DNA of 64,000 nucleotides from Eledone cirrhosa (Eukaryota): NCBI GenBank assembly GCA_964016885.1, contig OZ024744.1, positions 81,840,001 to 81,904,000 of the forward strand, read 5' to 3'. Shown piece by piece: positions 1 to 13,635 of this stretch (position 1 is its first letter; each line of letters starts with the position of its first letter). The notes under the pieces were generated by a model. It saw only the letters and a program-made list of their open reading frames with translations, ran no database searches and was not told where the DNA came from. The position numbers and the translations under genes were made by a program.

Positions 1-484
1 GTCGTTGTTGTTGCTGTTGTTGTTGCTGCTGCCGTTATTGTTGCTGTTGTTGTTGTCGATGTTGCTGCTGTTGTTGTTGTTGCTGTCGTTATTGTTGCGT
101 CGTTATTGCTGCTGTTGTCGTTATTGTTGCTGTCGTTGTTGCTGCTGTCGTTGTTGCTGCTGTCGTTGTTGCTGCTGTCGTTATTGTTGCTGTCGTTATT
201 GATGCTGTTGTTGTTGTCGTTGTTGCTGCTATGTTTGTTGTTGTTGCTGTTGTTGTTGTTGCTGTCGTTATTGATGCTGTTGTTTTCGATGTTGCTGCTG
301 TTGTTGTTGTTGTTGCTGTCGATGTTGCTGCTGTTGTTGTTGCTGTCGTTATTGTTGCTGTGTTTGTTGTTGTTGCTGTCGTTGTTGTTGCTGTTGTCGT
401 TGTTGCTGTCGTTGTTGTTGCTGTCGTTATTGTTGCTGTTGTTGTTGTTGTAGTTGTTGTTGCTGTTGTTGTTGTCGTTGTCGT

Positions 485-522
<38 letters not shown>

Positions 523-955
523 TTGTTGTTGTTGCTGTCGTTATTGATGCTGTTGTTGTTGTCGTTGTTGCTGTTGTCGTTATTGTTGCTGTCGTTGTTG
601 CTGCTGTCGTTGTTGCTGCTGTTGTTGTTGTTGCTGTCGTTATTGATGCTGTTGTTGTTGTCGTTGTTGCTGTTGTCGTTATTGTTGCTGTCGTTGTTGC
701 TGCTGTCGTTGTTGCTGCTGTTGTTGTTGCTGTTGTTGTTGTTGCTGTCGTTATTGATGCTGTTGTTGTTGCTGCTATGTTTGTTGTTGTTGTTGCTGTT
801 GTCGTTATTGTTGCTGTCGTTGTTGTTGCTGTCGTTGTTGCTGCTGTCGTTGTTGCTGCTGTTGTTGTTGCTGTCGTTATTGTTGCTGCTGTTGTTGTTG
901 CTGTCGTTATTGTTGCTGTTGTTGTTGCTGTCGTTGTTGTTGCTGTCGTTATTGT

Positions 956-987
<32 letters not shown>

Positions 988-1462
988 TTGCCGTTGTTAT
1001 TATTGTCGCTGTTGTTGTTGTTATTGTTGTTGTTGTTGCTGTTGTTCTTGCAGCTGTTATTGTTGTTGTTGTCGGTGTCGTCATTGTTGCTGTCGGCGTT
1101 GTCGTTGCTGTTGTTGTTGTTGTTGTTGCTGTAGTTGTATTTGCAGCTGTTGTTACTGCCATTGTTGTTGTCGTTGTTGTTATTGTTGTTGCTGTTGTTA
1201 TTATTGCTGTCATTTTTGCTTTTTTTTTTTTGGCTGTCGTTGTTGTCGCTGTTATTATTGTCGACGTTGTTGTTGCTGTTGTTGTTGCTGTTGTTGTTGT
1301 TGCCGTTATTGTTGCTGTCGTTGCTGTTGTTGCTGTTGTTGTCATCGTTGTTGTTTTTGCTTCTTTTGTTGTGTTGTTGTTGCTGCTGTTGTTGCTGTCG
1401 TTGTTGCTGCTGTTGTTGCTGTCGTTGTCGTCGTTGCTGCTGCTGTTGTTGTTGCTGTTTAC
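1..1462. repeat. Cryptic (GTT/GCT/GTC)n trinucleotide repeat
   Basis: Continuous degenerate GTT-based triplets; the long ORFs are poly-V/L/T artefacts. Confidence 0.95.
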
Positions 1463-1545
1463 ACGATGATACACCTAACTCAAATATAGATGAAAATTTA
1501 TGCTTTTAAAGGGGGAAAAGGTATGTTTAAAGGAATAAAACAATC

Positions 1546-1682
<137 letters not shown>

Positions 1683-2029
1683 TAATTATTGCAAATGAAA
1701 CAGTCAAGCATTACATATATTTTTTTAGAATTGTATCTTCAAACACAAATGCACATACACACACACACACACACAGACACGCGCGCGCACACACACGTAC
1801 ATGATAACAACAAAATATATACATGATAACAACAAAATATATACATGATAACAACAAAATAAACATTTCGGTAGAAGGACGAAAATTTCATTGCTTTCGC
1901 TGTGGTAGCACAGCACACATAAAGGCCTCCTGTCCTTCACAAACACACCACAACAACATCATTAAAAAAAACTATTGCCAACACCAACACCAAAACAACC
2001 ACCACCACACAAGTACAACGACAGACATA

Positions 2030-5000
2030 TTATTTTGTAGATTAATCCCCAAGCTGAATTGTCAGCTGGGTGGTAATTACATTTTTTGCCCCTTTAGGGG
2101 CGAAAATTTAATTTAAAAATTGTGTTAAAATATCAAATTTTGCCAACTATAAAACATAAATAACACGAAGGGAACGCTGGAGAACGTCGACAGAGAAAAG
2201 AGAGAGAAAGAGGCAGATTTTAACGTTATATCTACTTCTGCTACTATGGACGTCGCCATAGATACGACTGTCAACAAAGGGAAAACAATCTTGCCACTTG
2301 AAGATTGTACAATTTTTACCGTCTCAGCAGAAAAAAAAAAATGAAAACACAGGAATTAAACCCATTAACATACACACATGAAAAAAACATCAACAACTCC
2401 ACAGATACATCTACACATAAAGTTTCACCTCGTCAAGGAACTGAGATTTCCAACACCGAGGCTAACAACGATAACAACAACAACAACAGCAACACCACAC
2501 AAAAAAATGTCTTTCGCTGAAACAGTGAACAAAAAATAAAATTTTATAAATCTTGACATCTCCAATGCAAGAGATATGCTCCAGCAAGGGAGAAAATTTG
2601 TAACTTTCGAAGAAAAGGGTGGGTTTAGAATTAACTCACCCCTTGAAATAAAGGAAGTCACAATTCGCAGATCAGTCACCTTTAGGACTGTCAAATTCCA
2701 CAAGAAAGCCGACATTTGTTAGCCAAGCAGATATAAAAGCTACTTTCAAGGAAATTCTAGCAAATATCGATTTTCTCCAACGAGGAAAAAACAGTACGGA
2801 AGTGTTTCCGTACTGTTTAAAAGCGAGGCACTCGCCCCAAAACATTCTGTGACACCAATAGCGTCAAAAGCATTCCTTTTTCCCTACATACATGGGGAAA
2901 AAGGACACAAAAAATAAAAATAAAAAATATACCCCCAAACATTAACATCTGGTGGATCTTAACTGGCTTCGTAGAGCCAGAAACTGATATGAATCTTTCG
3001 ATACGAAAATCTATTCGACAAAGGTGGGCATGTACTGATTTGGAGATTCTGTTGCAAATGAAACCGGAGAGAATCTCCAAAGTACCCGAAAGAGTCGTCA
3101 TCGATGATAACAACAAAATAAACATTTCGGTAGAAGGACGAAAATTTCATTGCTTTCACTGTGGTAGCACAGCACACCTAAAAGCCTCTTGTCCTTCACA
3201 AACACACCACAACAACATCATTAAAAAAACACTATTACTAACACCAACACCAAAACAACCACCACCACCACAAGTACAACGACAGACGAAACGAGCAACC
3301 ACACCAAAACAAACAGCCACTCAACCAACAACAACAGAAAAAACAAAGGCAACACACCTGAAGAACACAACCCACCCCATCCCACTCCATCAAACACAAC
3401 CACAAACACACACACCGGAACACCACCACCACACAACATACCCCTACCCAACACCCCTGACGATGATTATTCATCAACGAATGAAGCTGCTTCTCCTTCT
3501 TTAAGTGAAGAAGAGGGAGAGACGCGGAAATCTAAAAAACAAAAAAAAGAGACACCACAAAACCCCCAAAACTCCAATCACCAACACCAACACACAACCA
3601 TAGACACAAACAACAACACAAACAACACCACAGTCAAACATCCTCCTATCAGCAAAACCAACACCACCCAAACTCAAGCACCCACCATAAAAAGAAAACT
3701 CCCGGGAAAACAACAAACTAAAACAACACAACAAAAACACAAACAACAATACGCATACATCAACACAAACAACAAGAGTTTGATAGAGGTCATCTCCCAA
3801 AAACCAAGGTGGAGACGGAGGGCAAAACTTTCGTCAAGGCAGAATCGTCTCCACACCTTAAACTTATAAGGGTTTCTATGGAAACCTATAATGACCTGAA
3901 AAATAAATTTTCACAGGACGTGGGCAACCCCTGCCAGAAACCCACAAACCAGTCCTGTTAAAATGTTTCCCCACCCCACACAACACCCCACCCAACACCC
4001 CATCCAGCACCCAAATGGAGATTGAACAACCCAATCTCCAAGAAACGAAAAGGTAAGTGCACCTTTCGTCCTTTTTCTCCAACTCTTCTTCACAAACATG
4101 GCTAGTTTACGAGTTGGAAGCGTGAATGTGTGTGGCCTAGGGATGCCCTGGAAACAGGGCCAACTTTTAAACGACCTTAGTTCACACGGTATGGATGTGA
4201 TAGCCATCACCGAGTCCAGGATCCACAACAGGCAGCAACTAACCTCCATTTTCGACGACTTTGAGATCTACGCATATCTCTGACAGCCAGGAGGTGGAGG
4301 GGGAGTGGCTGTCATGTTTCGGAAGAACCTGGACGTCGAAGTACAGCGAGTACACTTGGACCCGGAGGGTAAACTGGTAGTACAAGACGTGAACAGTATT
4401 GGAGGTGGAGCCTTCAAACTGGTGGCCGTTTATGCCCCGACCGGGAAATCGCAATCACGGCCAGACTTCTTTAAGCCTCTAGAGTCTTTTCTGGGAACCT
4501 CTCGCTCCTTACTTTTAGTTGGGGACTGGAATGGTATCCTAGATGCACGATGGGACTATTTGGGAGCATGTCCCAGTAGAGGGGCGCGGTGTGCAACAGC
4601 CTCAAAACTTTAACCGGCGATTTCCAACTGGCTGATAGGTATCGACTGGATTTCCGACTGCACCACAGTGGATGTGGGCAAACCGCAGTGGGACATCTAG
4701 ATCGTATTTAGATAGGTTCTTCATTAGAGAAACGTACAAGGAGATGTTTAGCAGTCCACGAATGCACATGGTTGCCTACTCAGATTCACAAATTAGTCGT
4801 CTGCATAGTCAACCGTTGCAGGACACATAGAGATGGGCCCGGATATTGGAAGCTGAACGTGTCGTTGCCGGCACGTAAAGCTTATAGTGAACGGATAAGT
4901 AGACTAGTCAAGCAACAGTTAACGGGAGCCATCGTCAACAATAGATGGTGGTACTCTCTCAAGAAAGTAATTAGAGTAGAATCGATAGGGTTTAGCAGAG

Positions 5001-6843
5001 AGTTAGCCTTAGAGAAAAACAAAATAGAAAGAGAACTAGTAGCCAAGGTAGAGGAGGCACTTAGAAGTGGCAAGGCGGCTAGAGTGTTAGCGTCGAGAAC
5101 GGCACTGGACCAGTTCTTTGATGCGAAACACGAAGGCTGCGTGGTCAGGAGAAAAACACGTGCTCTAGGAAACGTAGGAGCGAAAGCTGTCAGCTGGGCC
5201 CGAGTGGCGGAGGCAAAAAGTGGCAACAAGTCCACGATTCGGTCTTTGAAAGACCAAAACGGACGCGTGCTACTTGACCCCAAACAAATGTGCGCGGCTT
5301 TTCAGCAGCACTTTGCGCGACTGTTTGAGCAGAACGACGGTGAGCCGAACCGGGTAATGGACTTTAGTTCATACCTCGACGGCCTGCTGCGTCTCTCGAA
5401 CAAGGACGCCGAGTTCTGCGAAAGACAGGTCACGGACACTGAGATACGGGATGCTCTGGCCGCTGCGGGAAACGCAAGTCACCCGGTCTAGATGGTCTAC
5501 CCTATGAGTTTTACATAAACATGCCGGACTTGTTCTCTGGCGTCCTCGAAGCCGTCTACTGCAACTGGCAGCAGAACGGGAGAATTCCCAGTTCTGCAGG
5601 CAAGGGCGTAGTAACGCTGATCAGGAAAGACGAGAACAAGGGGGACGAATTAACAACTTCAGGCCCATAACTCTGCTCAACACAGAGTTAAAGATTTTGG
5701 CCAAGGTGCTAGCGACGAGGTTGGCGCTTGTCATCGAGAACCTGGTAGGGAAAGGGCAAACGTGTGCAATCCCGACCAGGTCCATACACGACAACCTCCA
5801 CCTCATGCGATACATCATAGAGAGGGTGGGTAGTAAAATTGGCTTCGGTGGGGCTCTGATCAATTTGGATCAGTCTAAGGCGTTCGATAGGCTCGACCAT
5901 CGATACTTGGAAGCGGTCCTCAAGGCTGCCGGTTTCGGTCCCGTTTTCAGAGGCTGGATCGAAGCGATACACACCAGCATCTGCTCGAGGGTCAAGGTGA
6001 ACGGCTACCTATCGGAGCCGTTCGCAATCACGCGTTCCATTCGACAGGGGTTCCCTCTCTCCTCCATTCTGTATGTATTGACTCTAGAGCCACTACTGCG
6101 GAAAGTGGAGCTGTTGCAGGGCATCCCCCTAGAACCGGGATTGCGAAAAGCGGCGTTGGCGTATGCCGACGACGTGACGGTAATGGTGTTGAGTACCTCG
6201 GAAATCGGGGTGATCGGCAACTTACTGAAAGAATACAAAACGCTGACGGGAGCAAAACTAAACCCGGACAAGTCTGTCGGTTTGCAACTCGGTACGTGGA
6301 GAGCAAACCGATGACATCCGACAGCGTCGTTGGACGCTGGCCGGACGGACCGGTGAAATTGCTTGGGGTCTGGTTCGGTCCAGACCTCCAGGTGGAGAAA
6401 AACTGGAACGAGGTAACGACCAAGGTGTTTGCGCTCACCCAGAAGTGGGCAGAGTGCAAACTGTCCTTGAAAGGTCGAGCGGAGGTGGCGAACACTTTCA
6501 TAGCGTCCGTCATCTACTACCGCTTGACCGTCCTGCCTTGTCCACGTGAACACCTCGCCAAGATGGAACGCATACTCTTCCAGTTTCTGTGGAAGAAGCA
6601 GGCTCCGCTGGTGAGGAGACCCGTCTGCTCTCAGCACCCTTCCAACGGAGGGCTGGGAATGCCGTGGCTGATGATGCGGCATCTCCAGGTATTCCTCACC
6701 GACCCCCAACCGGTGTGAGCACCGTTTGTGAGACAGGCTTTCCCGCAGCTCGTCTCGGGTCATGAAAAGACCGAAAACGATGGGGTCCTGGCACATTGAA
6801 TGCGCTCAGGCGTTCAAAGTCCTCTGGCAAGCGGGCACAACAA
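2030..6843 (+). mobile_element. Tx1/L1-type LINE, copy A (defective, 3'-truncated)
   Basis: 5'UTR hairpins, ORF1 remnants with CFHCGSTAHLKASC zinc knuckle, ORF2 from 4098 with APE (VGSVNV, GDWN) and RT (DQSKAFD, QG.PLS, YADD); several frameshifts; ends at a PLE fragment. Confidence 0.92.
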
Positions 6844-6845
6844 TG

Positions 6846-8230
6846 AACAGAGGATATGCTGCCCGTGTGGTAGGGTGGTAGGCTAGAGGGAAAGGAACAC
6901 AGGTGTTGGGAAGGCGGGGGTGATGTGAGAGGTCTGTGGTGCGGTCTGTTTCCTGGGCGCGGGTGAGGGTAGGGGGATATCCACGCTTGATGAAGTAGGA
7001 AGCCATGCGAAAGGAATGGGTTTCGAAATCGTCGAAAATGGAGGAATTGGGAACAGGGTATGGATTGTTTGGTGTGGGTTGGATGGGAGGATGTGAAGTC
7101 GAGGTAAGATTGGGAGTCTGTTAGTTTGATGAAGATGGAAGTAGAGAAGCTGTGGTGAGAGTGATTAATAGATAGAGAGATATCTAGAAAAGCGACAGAA
7201 GAATCGGAGACAGAGGCGGTGAAATTGAGAGCAGGATTGAAAGATAGGACAAAGGAAAGAAAGAGTCGAGCTGTTCTCGTGATAGAGAGGTGGCGCCGAC
7301 ACAGTCGTCGATATAATGACCGTATAGCTCAGGAGTCGGTCAAGCGTACTGGGAGAAGATCTGGGTTTTGACGTAACCAACAAACAAGTTGGGATAGTTT
7401 GGATCGATTCTGGTTCCCATCGCTACCCCAGAGACCTGCTGATAAAATTCACCCTAAAAAAGAAAATCCATTGAGGGTGAGAACAAGCTCAGCCAGACAG
7501 AGAAGAGTGGTAGTGCTGGGGTAAGGGGTAGGGCGTAAATCTAAATGTTGGAGAGCGCGGAACCGTCATCGAGGGATGACGGTATAGAGAGAGGTGATGT
7601 CCAGGATAAAGAGAAGGCGGGAGGGGCCAGGAGGGAAGGAGAAAGAGTTGAAGAATCTAAGGGCATGATCTGTATCGTGGATGTGGGAGGGGAGATTATC
7701 GTCCAACGGGGCGAGGATGGAGTCTAAATATTCAGAAATTATCTCGGTGGGGCAGTTGCACGCAAAAAATGTAGGACGGCCGGGATTATTTTGTTTGTGT
7801 ATTTTGGGAGGAAGTAGATGGTGGGTGTGCGAGGGGTGCGTAGACTAGGTTGGTGGGTGTGGGCGGGGGGTTGGAGAGAGGAGGAGATGAGATTGTGGAT
7901 GGTGGAGGACACGAGTTGTTGGTAGCCAGGAGTGGGGTCGGAGGATAAAGAGCGGTAAAATGGGTATTGGGAAGCCCGCGGAGAGCCTCAGCCCTATAGA
8001 GGTCAGCACTCCCAACCACCACAGTGCCACCTTTATTAACGGATTTGATGACAGTGTCATCGTGTGGCCGAAGGTTGCGAAGAGCGGAGAGTTCAGTCCG
8101 CGTGATGTTAGAGCGACGAGAATGCTGGTGGAACGGAACCGATTCACAATACTCCGGCAAACATCGTCAAAGGAGTCGAGGGTACTGAACTGGCCAGAGC
8201 TCGGCGTCCAATGTGATTGCCGGCGACTCT
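6846..8230 (-). mobile_element. Penelope-like element RT fragment (decayed)
   Basis: LSALRNLRPHDDTVIKSVNKGGTVVV (IKPADKG motif) and YFIKRGYPP; 6846-7090 is homologous to the PLE at 38712-39000. Confidence 0.8.
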
Positions 8231-8310
8231 ACATATATATAAGTTATTTCCGGTTGAATCGGGGGTAACCACAATAAGTAAGGTACTCAATACATAGAAG
8301 AGTATAAATG

Positions 8311-9123
8311 TTTAATGTAGAAGAGCTTCTACAGGACTAGAACTGTATCATTCGTGGGAAATCATCAGGCGCTTTCTGATGATTTCTCACGAATGATACA
8401 GTTCTAGTCCTGTAGAAGCTCGTCTGTATTAAAATATATATATATTAATATATCATTTTATAATTGAATATAAAAGAAAAACGAACACAGATATATACAT
8501 ACATGTGTTCAAATCGTAAGGGACCAGATTCGTTAAGGTGAAAAGAATACTAACTATAGACAATAGGGTTTGCCTGACTCAATTTAAGTTAGTATTCTTT
8601 TCACCTTAGCGTATCTGGTCCCTTACGATTTGAACACATATATCTATATACCTGTGTTCGTTCTTCTTTTATATTCACTTATAATATACGGCTCGGAAAT
8701 ATTTCTTTCTTAGAGCTATTTTATTGTAAGAGACTATTTTGAGTTTCTAACTCAATATATATACCTTTGATATATATATTACTATACTTGGGGAGGGTCA
8801 TATTTGTGTAATAATATTGCCAGAATTAATAACTGTTTGGTTGGCTTTCGCTTCTGTGTCTTTTATATCGGTTAATTTAATTTATTCGGTCCTCAATATT
8901 ACCATTGACTGATCAACGGTCGAAAATACAGATAGAATATAGTACCATATACATATTGCATCTGTACTTTTGACCGTTGGTCAGTCAATGGTAACATTGA
9001 GGAGCGAATAAATTAAGTTAACCGATATAAAAAACACAGAAGCCAAAACCAACCAAACAGTGAGTGTGTTCTGTTATTAATTCTAGCAATATTATTACAC
9101 ACATATGACCCTCCCCAAGTATA
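8311..9123. repeat. Three consecutive unrelated foldback (inverted) repeats
   Basis: Arms 8311-8368/8376-8433, about 8458-8555/8587-8684 and about 8783-8933/8960-9123 are near reverse complements; the first carries degenerate hammerhead cores (CTGATGA...GATAC). Confidence 0.9.
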
Positions 9124-9270
9124 ACAATATTTGTTTCGACACGATTCCATATAAAAAAACTCGCAAAACTAATATATAGTAATATATATATATATATATT
9201 AATATATATTATATATATATATAAAATATATATATATTAATATATATGATAAAATTTAGCTTCGTTTATC

Positions 9271-9325
9271 ACTGCTATATATATTTCAGTGACAGCCATC
9301 TTTGGCTGTGACCTCTTCAGGCAGT
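9271..9325 (-). ncRNA. Type I hammerhead ribozyme
   Basis: Minus strand: ACTGC-CTGAAGA-ggtcacagccaaagatggctgtcact-GAAAT-ATAT-ATA-GCAGT; stem I ACTGC/GCAGT, palindromic ATAT loop III, AUA cleavage triplet. Confidence 0.8.
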
Positions 9326-10270
9326 TTGAATTAGTATGGTATAGACAAGTACATATGTTGTTGAGGTGTATAATATTGTCAATACTCTGATATGCCCAGT
9401 TCCTTGTTGGGTTGTTATTTCACTGAGGAACTGGAATCATATGAATTCAAACAAACGAATTTCAGTGTTACTTTTGTTGTAATCATGTATTTGTGAGGAG
9501 ACTGGAGCAGCATTACCGCAGCAGGGGGTGGCGTTATTGTGGTTTGTGTGTTGGCATGGAGCGCCTTTTCTGTTCGTGCGTTGTGTACCAGGAAGATGAG
9601 TTAAGAGACAGTCAGTCAGCAGACATAGCCTCTCACGTTGGGAATGATGCCAGATTTTGGGACTGCGACCTATACGTGCAGGCAGCGTGCTTTGGTGATG
9701 GCTGGCAGTGTTAGTGCGCCTAGTACCCGGTAAAGGGGTAAATATACAGTCGCTACGTGTGCATAGCCTCTGACGTAGTGAGTAACGGCATATGTGGGAG
9801 TTTCTAGTATGTGTAGTGGGGGTGCATACAGCTCCATAGAACTCTTTTTTTTATAGTTCTTTTGACTATGGCATGGTCGTGGTGGTGATGATGATGACAA
9901 CTGTGGTAGGAGAGAGAGCAGTGGTCCATTACTAGCAGTTGGTGTGGCAGAAGATGTAGATGTGACATGAGATGGTCACGGTGGTGATGGTGATGGCGAT
10001 AATGATGGTTGATTGAGTGGCTGAGTGATACTGTAATAAAGTAATTCAGTGATTATGCTTGAATTCAGTAGTGGTTGCTCCTGGCTTTCTGGCTGTTGTT
10101 TTTGTTGGGGCTGTTGTTGTTGTGGCTGTTGTTGTTGTTGTTGTTGTTGTGTTTGTCCATTAGAGTAAATACGTCGAAGTTTTTCAAAATGGTTTTGAAT
10201 TAGTTTGAAAGAGACTTCGACGTGTTTTAGTTTGTTGTGTATCTGCTTAGCAGATCTCGTCGTAAATATT

Positions 10271-10499
<229 letters not shown>

Positions 10500-11080
10500 T
10501 AAAGTTAGTCCTTCATCAGCGATCTTCCAACCATCGTTGGTATTTCATCGCTTTAAAGACCATATACCCCGGTTGGTGCGAGCAACGGGTAAAAAAAGTC
10601 GTTGGGACACGTAAATAAAGGGGACACGAGAGTGTAAACAAACAAAGATGGTGAAGCAACGAAAAGTGAGGAAGAAGGAGTCAAGTCCCAAATTTCCATG
10701 AATATAAGTTCGGTGAAATCGTGAACGAGAGAGAATAAAGACCATCAAACCTGGTTGGAATGTGAGCAAGGAAGGAATTCCGTACAGGTCTAACGGGAGG
10801 AAGAAGGGATCTAGTCTGTGAATTCGGTGAACGTAAGTTCTGTGAAATCGTAGACGAGAGAGAGAAAAAAAAGCGACCTGCCTGACCAAGGGTGCGAAAG
10901 AAAAGAATTCCGCACAGGTCAAATGGGAAGAAGGAGGAGGAGGAGAGGTAGTAACAGAGAGTGAGTGAAGGGTGAGGAAGAGGCTAACAGAGAGAGTGAC
11001 TGTTAGAGAGATATTTATATATATATATATATATGTATATATTTCTATATATATATGTATATATATATATATATATATAT

Positions 11081-11136
<56 letters not shown>

Positions 11137-11139
11137 ATT

Positions 11140-11176
<37 letters not shown>

Positions 11177-11282
11177 TTATATATTATAGGAACGATCGAC
11201 TTTCGTCAAATCGGACCGAGGGAACAATGTTTCCGTTGGTCTTTCCAATTGCTAATACTATCTATTGGTCGCAATTCCAGGT

Positions 11283-11392
11283 AGAAGGAGCAACGTGAAA
11301 TAAAGTGTCTCGCTCAAGGACATAACGCATCGCCTGGTCCAGGAATCGAACTCACAACCTTATTCTCTAACCACTCAGCCACACGCCTTCAC
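11283..11392 (-). mobile_element. tRNA-derived SINE 5' fragment
   Basis: Minus strand has A-box/B-box-like TGGCTGAGTGG...GAGTTCGATTCC; same family as 55335-56320. Confidence 0.75.
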
Positions 11393-11398
11393 TTATAA

Positions 11399-11436
<38 letters not shown>

Positions 11437-11596
11437 TACATATATATACATATATATATAAATATATATACATATATAAATATATATACATATATAAATA
11501 TCTATACATATGTATATGTATATATATTTATATATGTATATATATTTATATATATATATATATATCTATATATATCTATATATGTATATATATATT

Positions 11597-11632
<36 letters not shown>

Positions 11633-12093
11633 TATAATATAAATATATATATATAAACATATATATATATATTATGTGTAATTATATGCGCATAAAAACC
11701 TGCCAGTTAAGTTAATCCAATTTGTGTTATAGGGGTAAACTCTTAATACAACCATTCAAAATAGAAAAAAGACTGTTCAAGTGAGCTAACACCAACACTA
11801 TATATAGTGTGGAAGTTAAATATTTATTTCATGATTCTTGAATTAATTTACCATTGGCTGCCCAATCTTCATATATTTTTAACGATGTAAGTTATTTAAA
11901 AATGTTAATTATTTTTATCATTATATACTAAGTATTTATCTTGTATTTTCTTTCTTTATATTCTAAATGTTTATACCAAATGAAATGTTGAAGAAAGTCC
12001 ATTAATTTTTTTTTTTTATTGCCAATGTAAAACCCTGCAATGATTAGTATCTACTTAGTTAAATCTATTTTATAATACACACATTATTTTCAG

Positions 12094-12760
12094 CAAGAAC
12101 CTGTCAAAATGAATGGCGAACTAGATCTATTTGACATTTGGGAATTCTACCCTAAAAAAGAACATCATGTTATTCGTAGAAAGCTTGGACCATTTTTTCT
12201 TATTACAAAGTTTGGTCCCAAACCTGAAGTATGCAGAACCCTTCAATTTGATTCAGACACCAGTAATATTGGTAAGTATTAAGCATTTCCCCCTAAAATA
12301 ATATGTGAATCTATTTCTCTAAATATTGAACAACAGTTCAGCTTTCATTTATATATCACCTAATGTTGTTAGATATTTATACTTTTAAATATTAAAACAT
12401 ACGACTCGGATTCCTCTAACGAAAGGGTATAAAATAACTGGAATTTTTTTTTTTAGAGCTGATTCTCTCTTGTGCTTTAGTAAATGTTTTTAAGTTCATA
12501 ACCTGCAAAAGAATATTGGAATCGGTTATTAAATCTCCATTATTGGATAGGACGATTAAATGAGGCATATTTTTATTTCAAAATGTGATGTAGCTGTCTC
12601 TGTAGTTCTATGCTCTTGAATGAAAACATTTAACTGTATTTATGTATTCTGATATATATATATATTTCTTTTTTTCTCAGACACAGATAAAATCACTGGA
12701 AAGGAAATTGCTACCACTGGTGCCTCTGTTGTTGCAGGGAAAAATCTTTCATTTACGTAA
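12094..12760 (+). CDS. Candidate small spliced host gene: exons 12094-12271 and 12681-12760, about 80 aa from ATG 12109; possible upstream exon 11807-11886
   Basis: TTATTTTCAG acceptor, open frame QEPVKMNGELDLFDIWEFYPKKEHHVIRRKLGPFFLITKFGPKPEVCRTLQFDSDTSNI, G|GTAAGT donor, TTTTTTCTCAG acceptor, phase-1-compatible exon DTDKITGKEIATTGASVVAGKNLSFT*, downstream AATAAA; paralog nearby. Confidence 0.55.
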
Positions 12761-13104
12761 CACAGCTTAAGTTTACCGAGCTGTTGATTCGTGAAATGTT
12801 TCAAAATATACTGCAGCACAGCTGGTAAAACTAAAAAAAAATAAATGTATTTTGTCGAATTGCTTATTTGATTTTAAAATTGTTTGTTTTTGAAGAATTT
12901 AAATAAAAATTACAATTATATCTTGCATCGCAAGATAAATAAGAAATGTTAATTTTAGTGTAAAATAAATATGGAAATAAGTCTTTATTTTTTTTTTTTA
13001 TTCTTTAAAATGAGTGGAATTACCTGGTATACGAAATATTAAGGAAAAACATTGTGTGCGTCTGACACGGCTTTTACCGTTGTGTGTGTGTGTTGTTTAC
13101 TCAG

Positions 13105-13635
13105 TACAATCGTGATGACAGAAGGGAATAACCCAATTGATTGACACCATATTTTTTTCTACAAATACACTGTTTAGGATTACAAGCATTTTCCCCAATG
13201 ATGTCTCATTTCGGTGTCAATTCACGAACTTCGAGAAACCACGTAGATGTTCTCTCGTCAGTCTGTTTACCCCTCCCAGACCCTACATCTATATGCATCA
13301 GAGAAACGAGGAAATATCATCACATATGTGATTCTTAAAAACGTTCGACCACGCTTTCATCTTAAAGAGTATGGTCCCAAATATGACTATACAGAGCCCT
13401 TAATTTTGATTCAGACACCAGTAATATTGGTAAGTATTAAGCTTTAATAGTCTGATGCATGAGTAAAGCATTTAGTTTCAAAATAATCCATGAAAATATT
13501 GCTCTAGCCGTAAATCTTTTCTCTAAATATTGAACAGTAGTTCAGCTTTCCTTTATTTATCAGCTAATGTTGTTGGATATTTATACTTTTAAATATTAAA
13601 ACGCACATAATCGACTCAGCTTCCTCTAACGAAAG
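13105..13635 (+). pseudogene. Frameshifted paralog of the 12094-12271 exon plus its downstream intron
   Basis: Shares TTTGATTCAGACACCAGTAATATTG|GTAAGTATTAAGC and intron sequence; homology resumes at about 14660-14743 (vs 12836-12917) after a CRE fragment. Confidence 0.65.

Noticed and set aside
89-1474. 461-aa Thr/Ala-rich mucin- or antifreeze-like ORF (also 57292-57879)
   Set aside because: AAC/AGC repeats lack stop codons in most frames; no signal peptide or splice evidence
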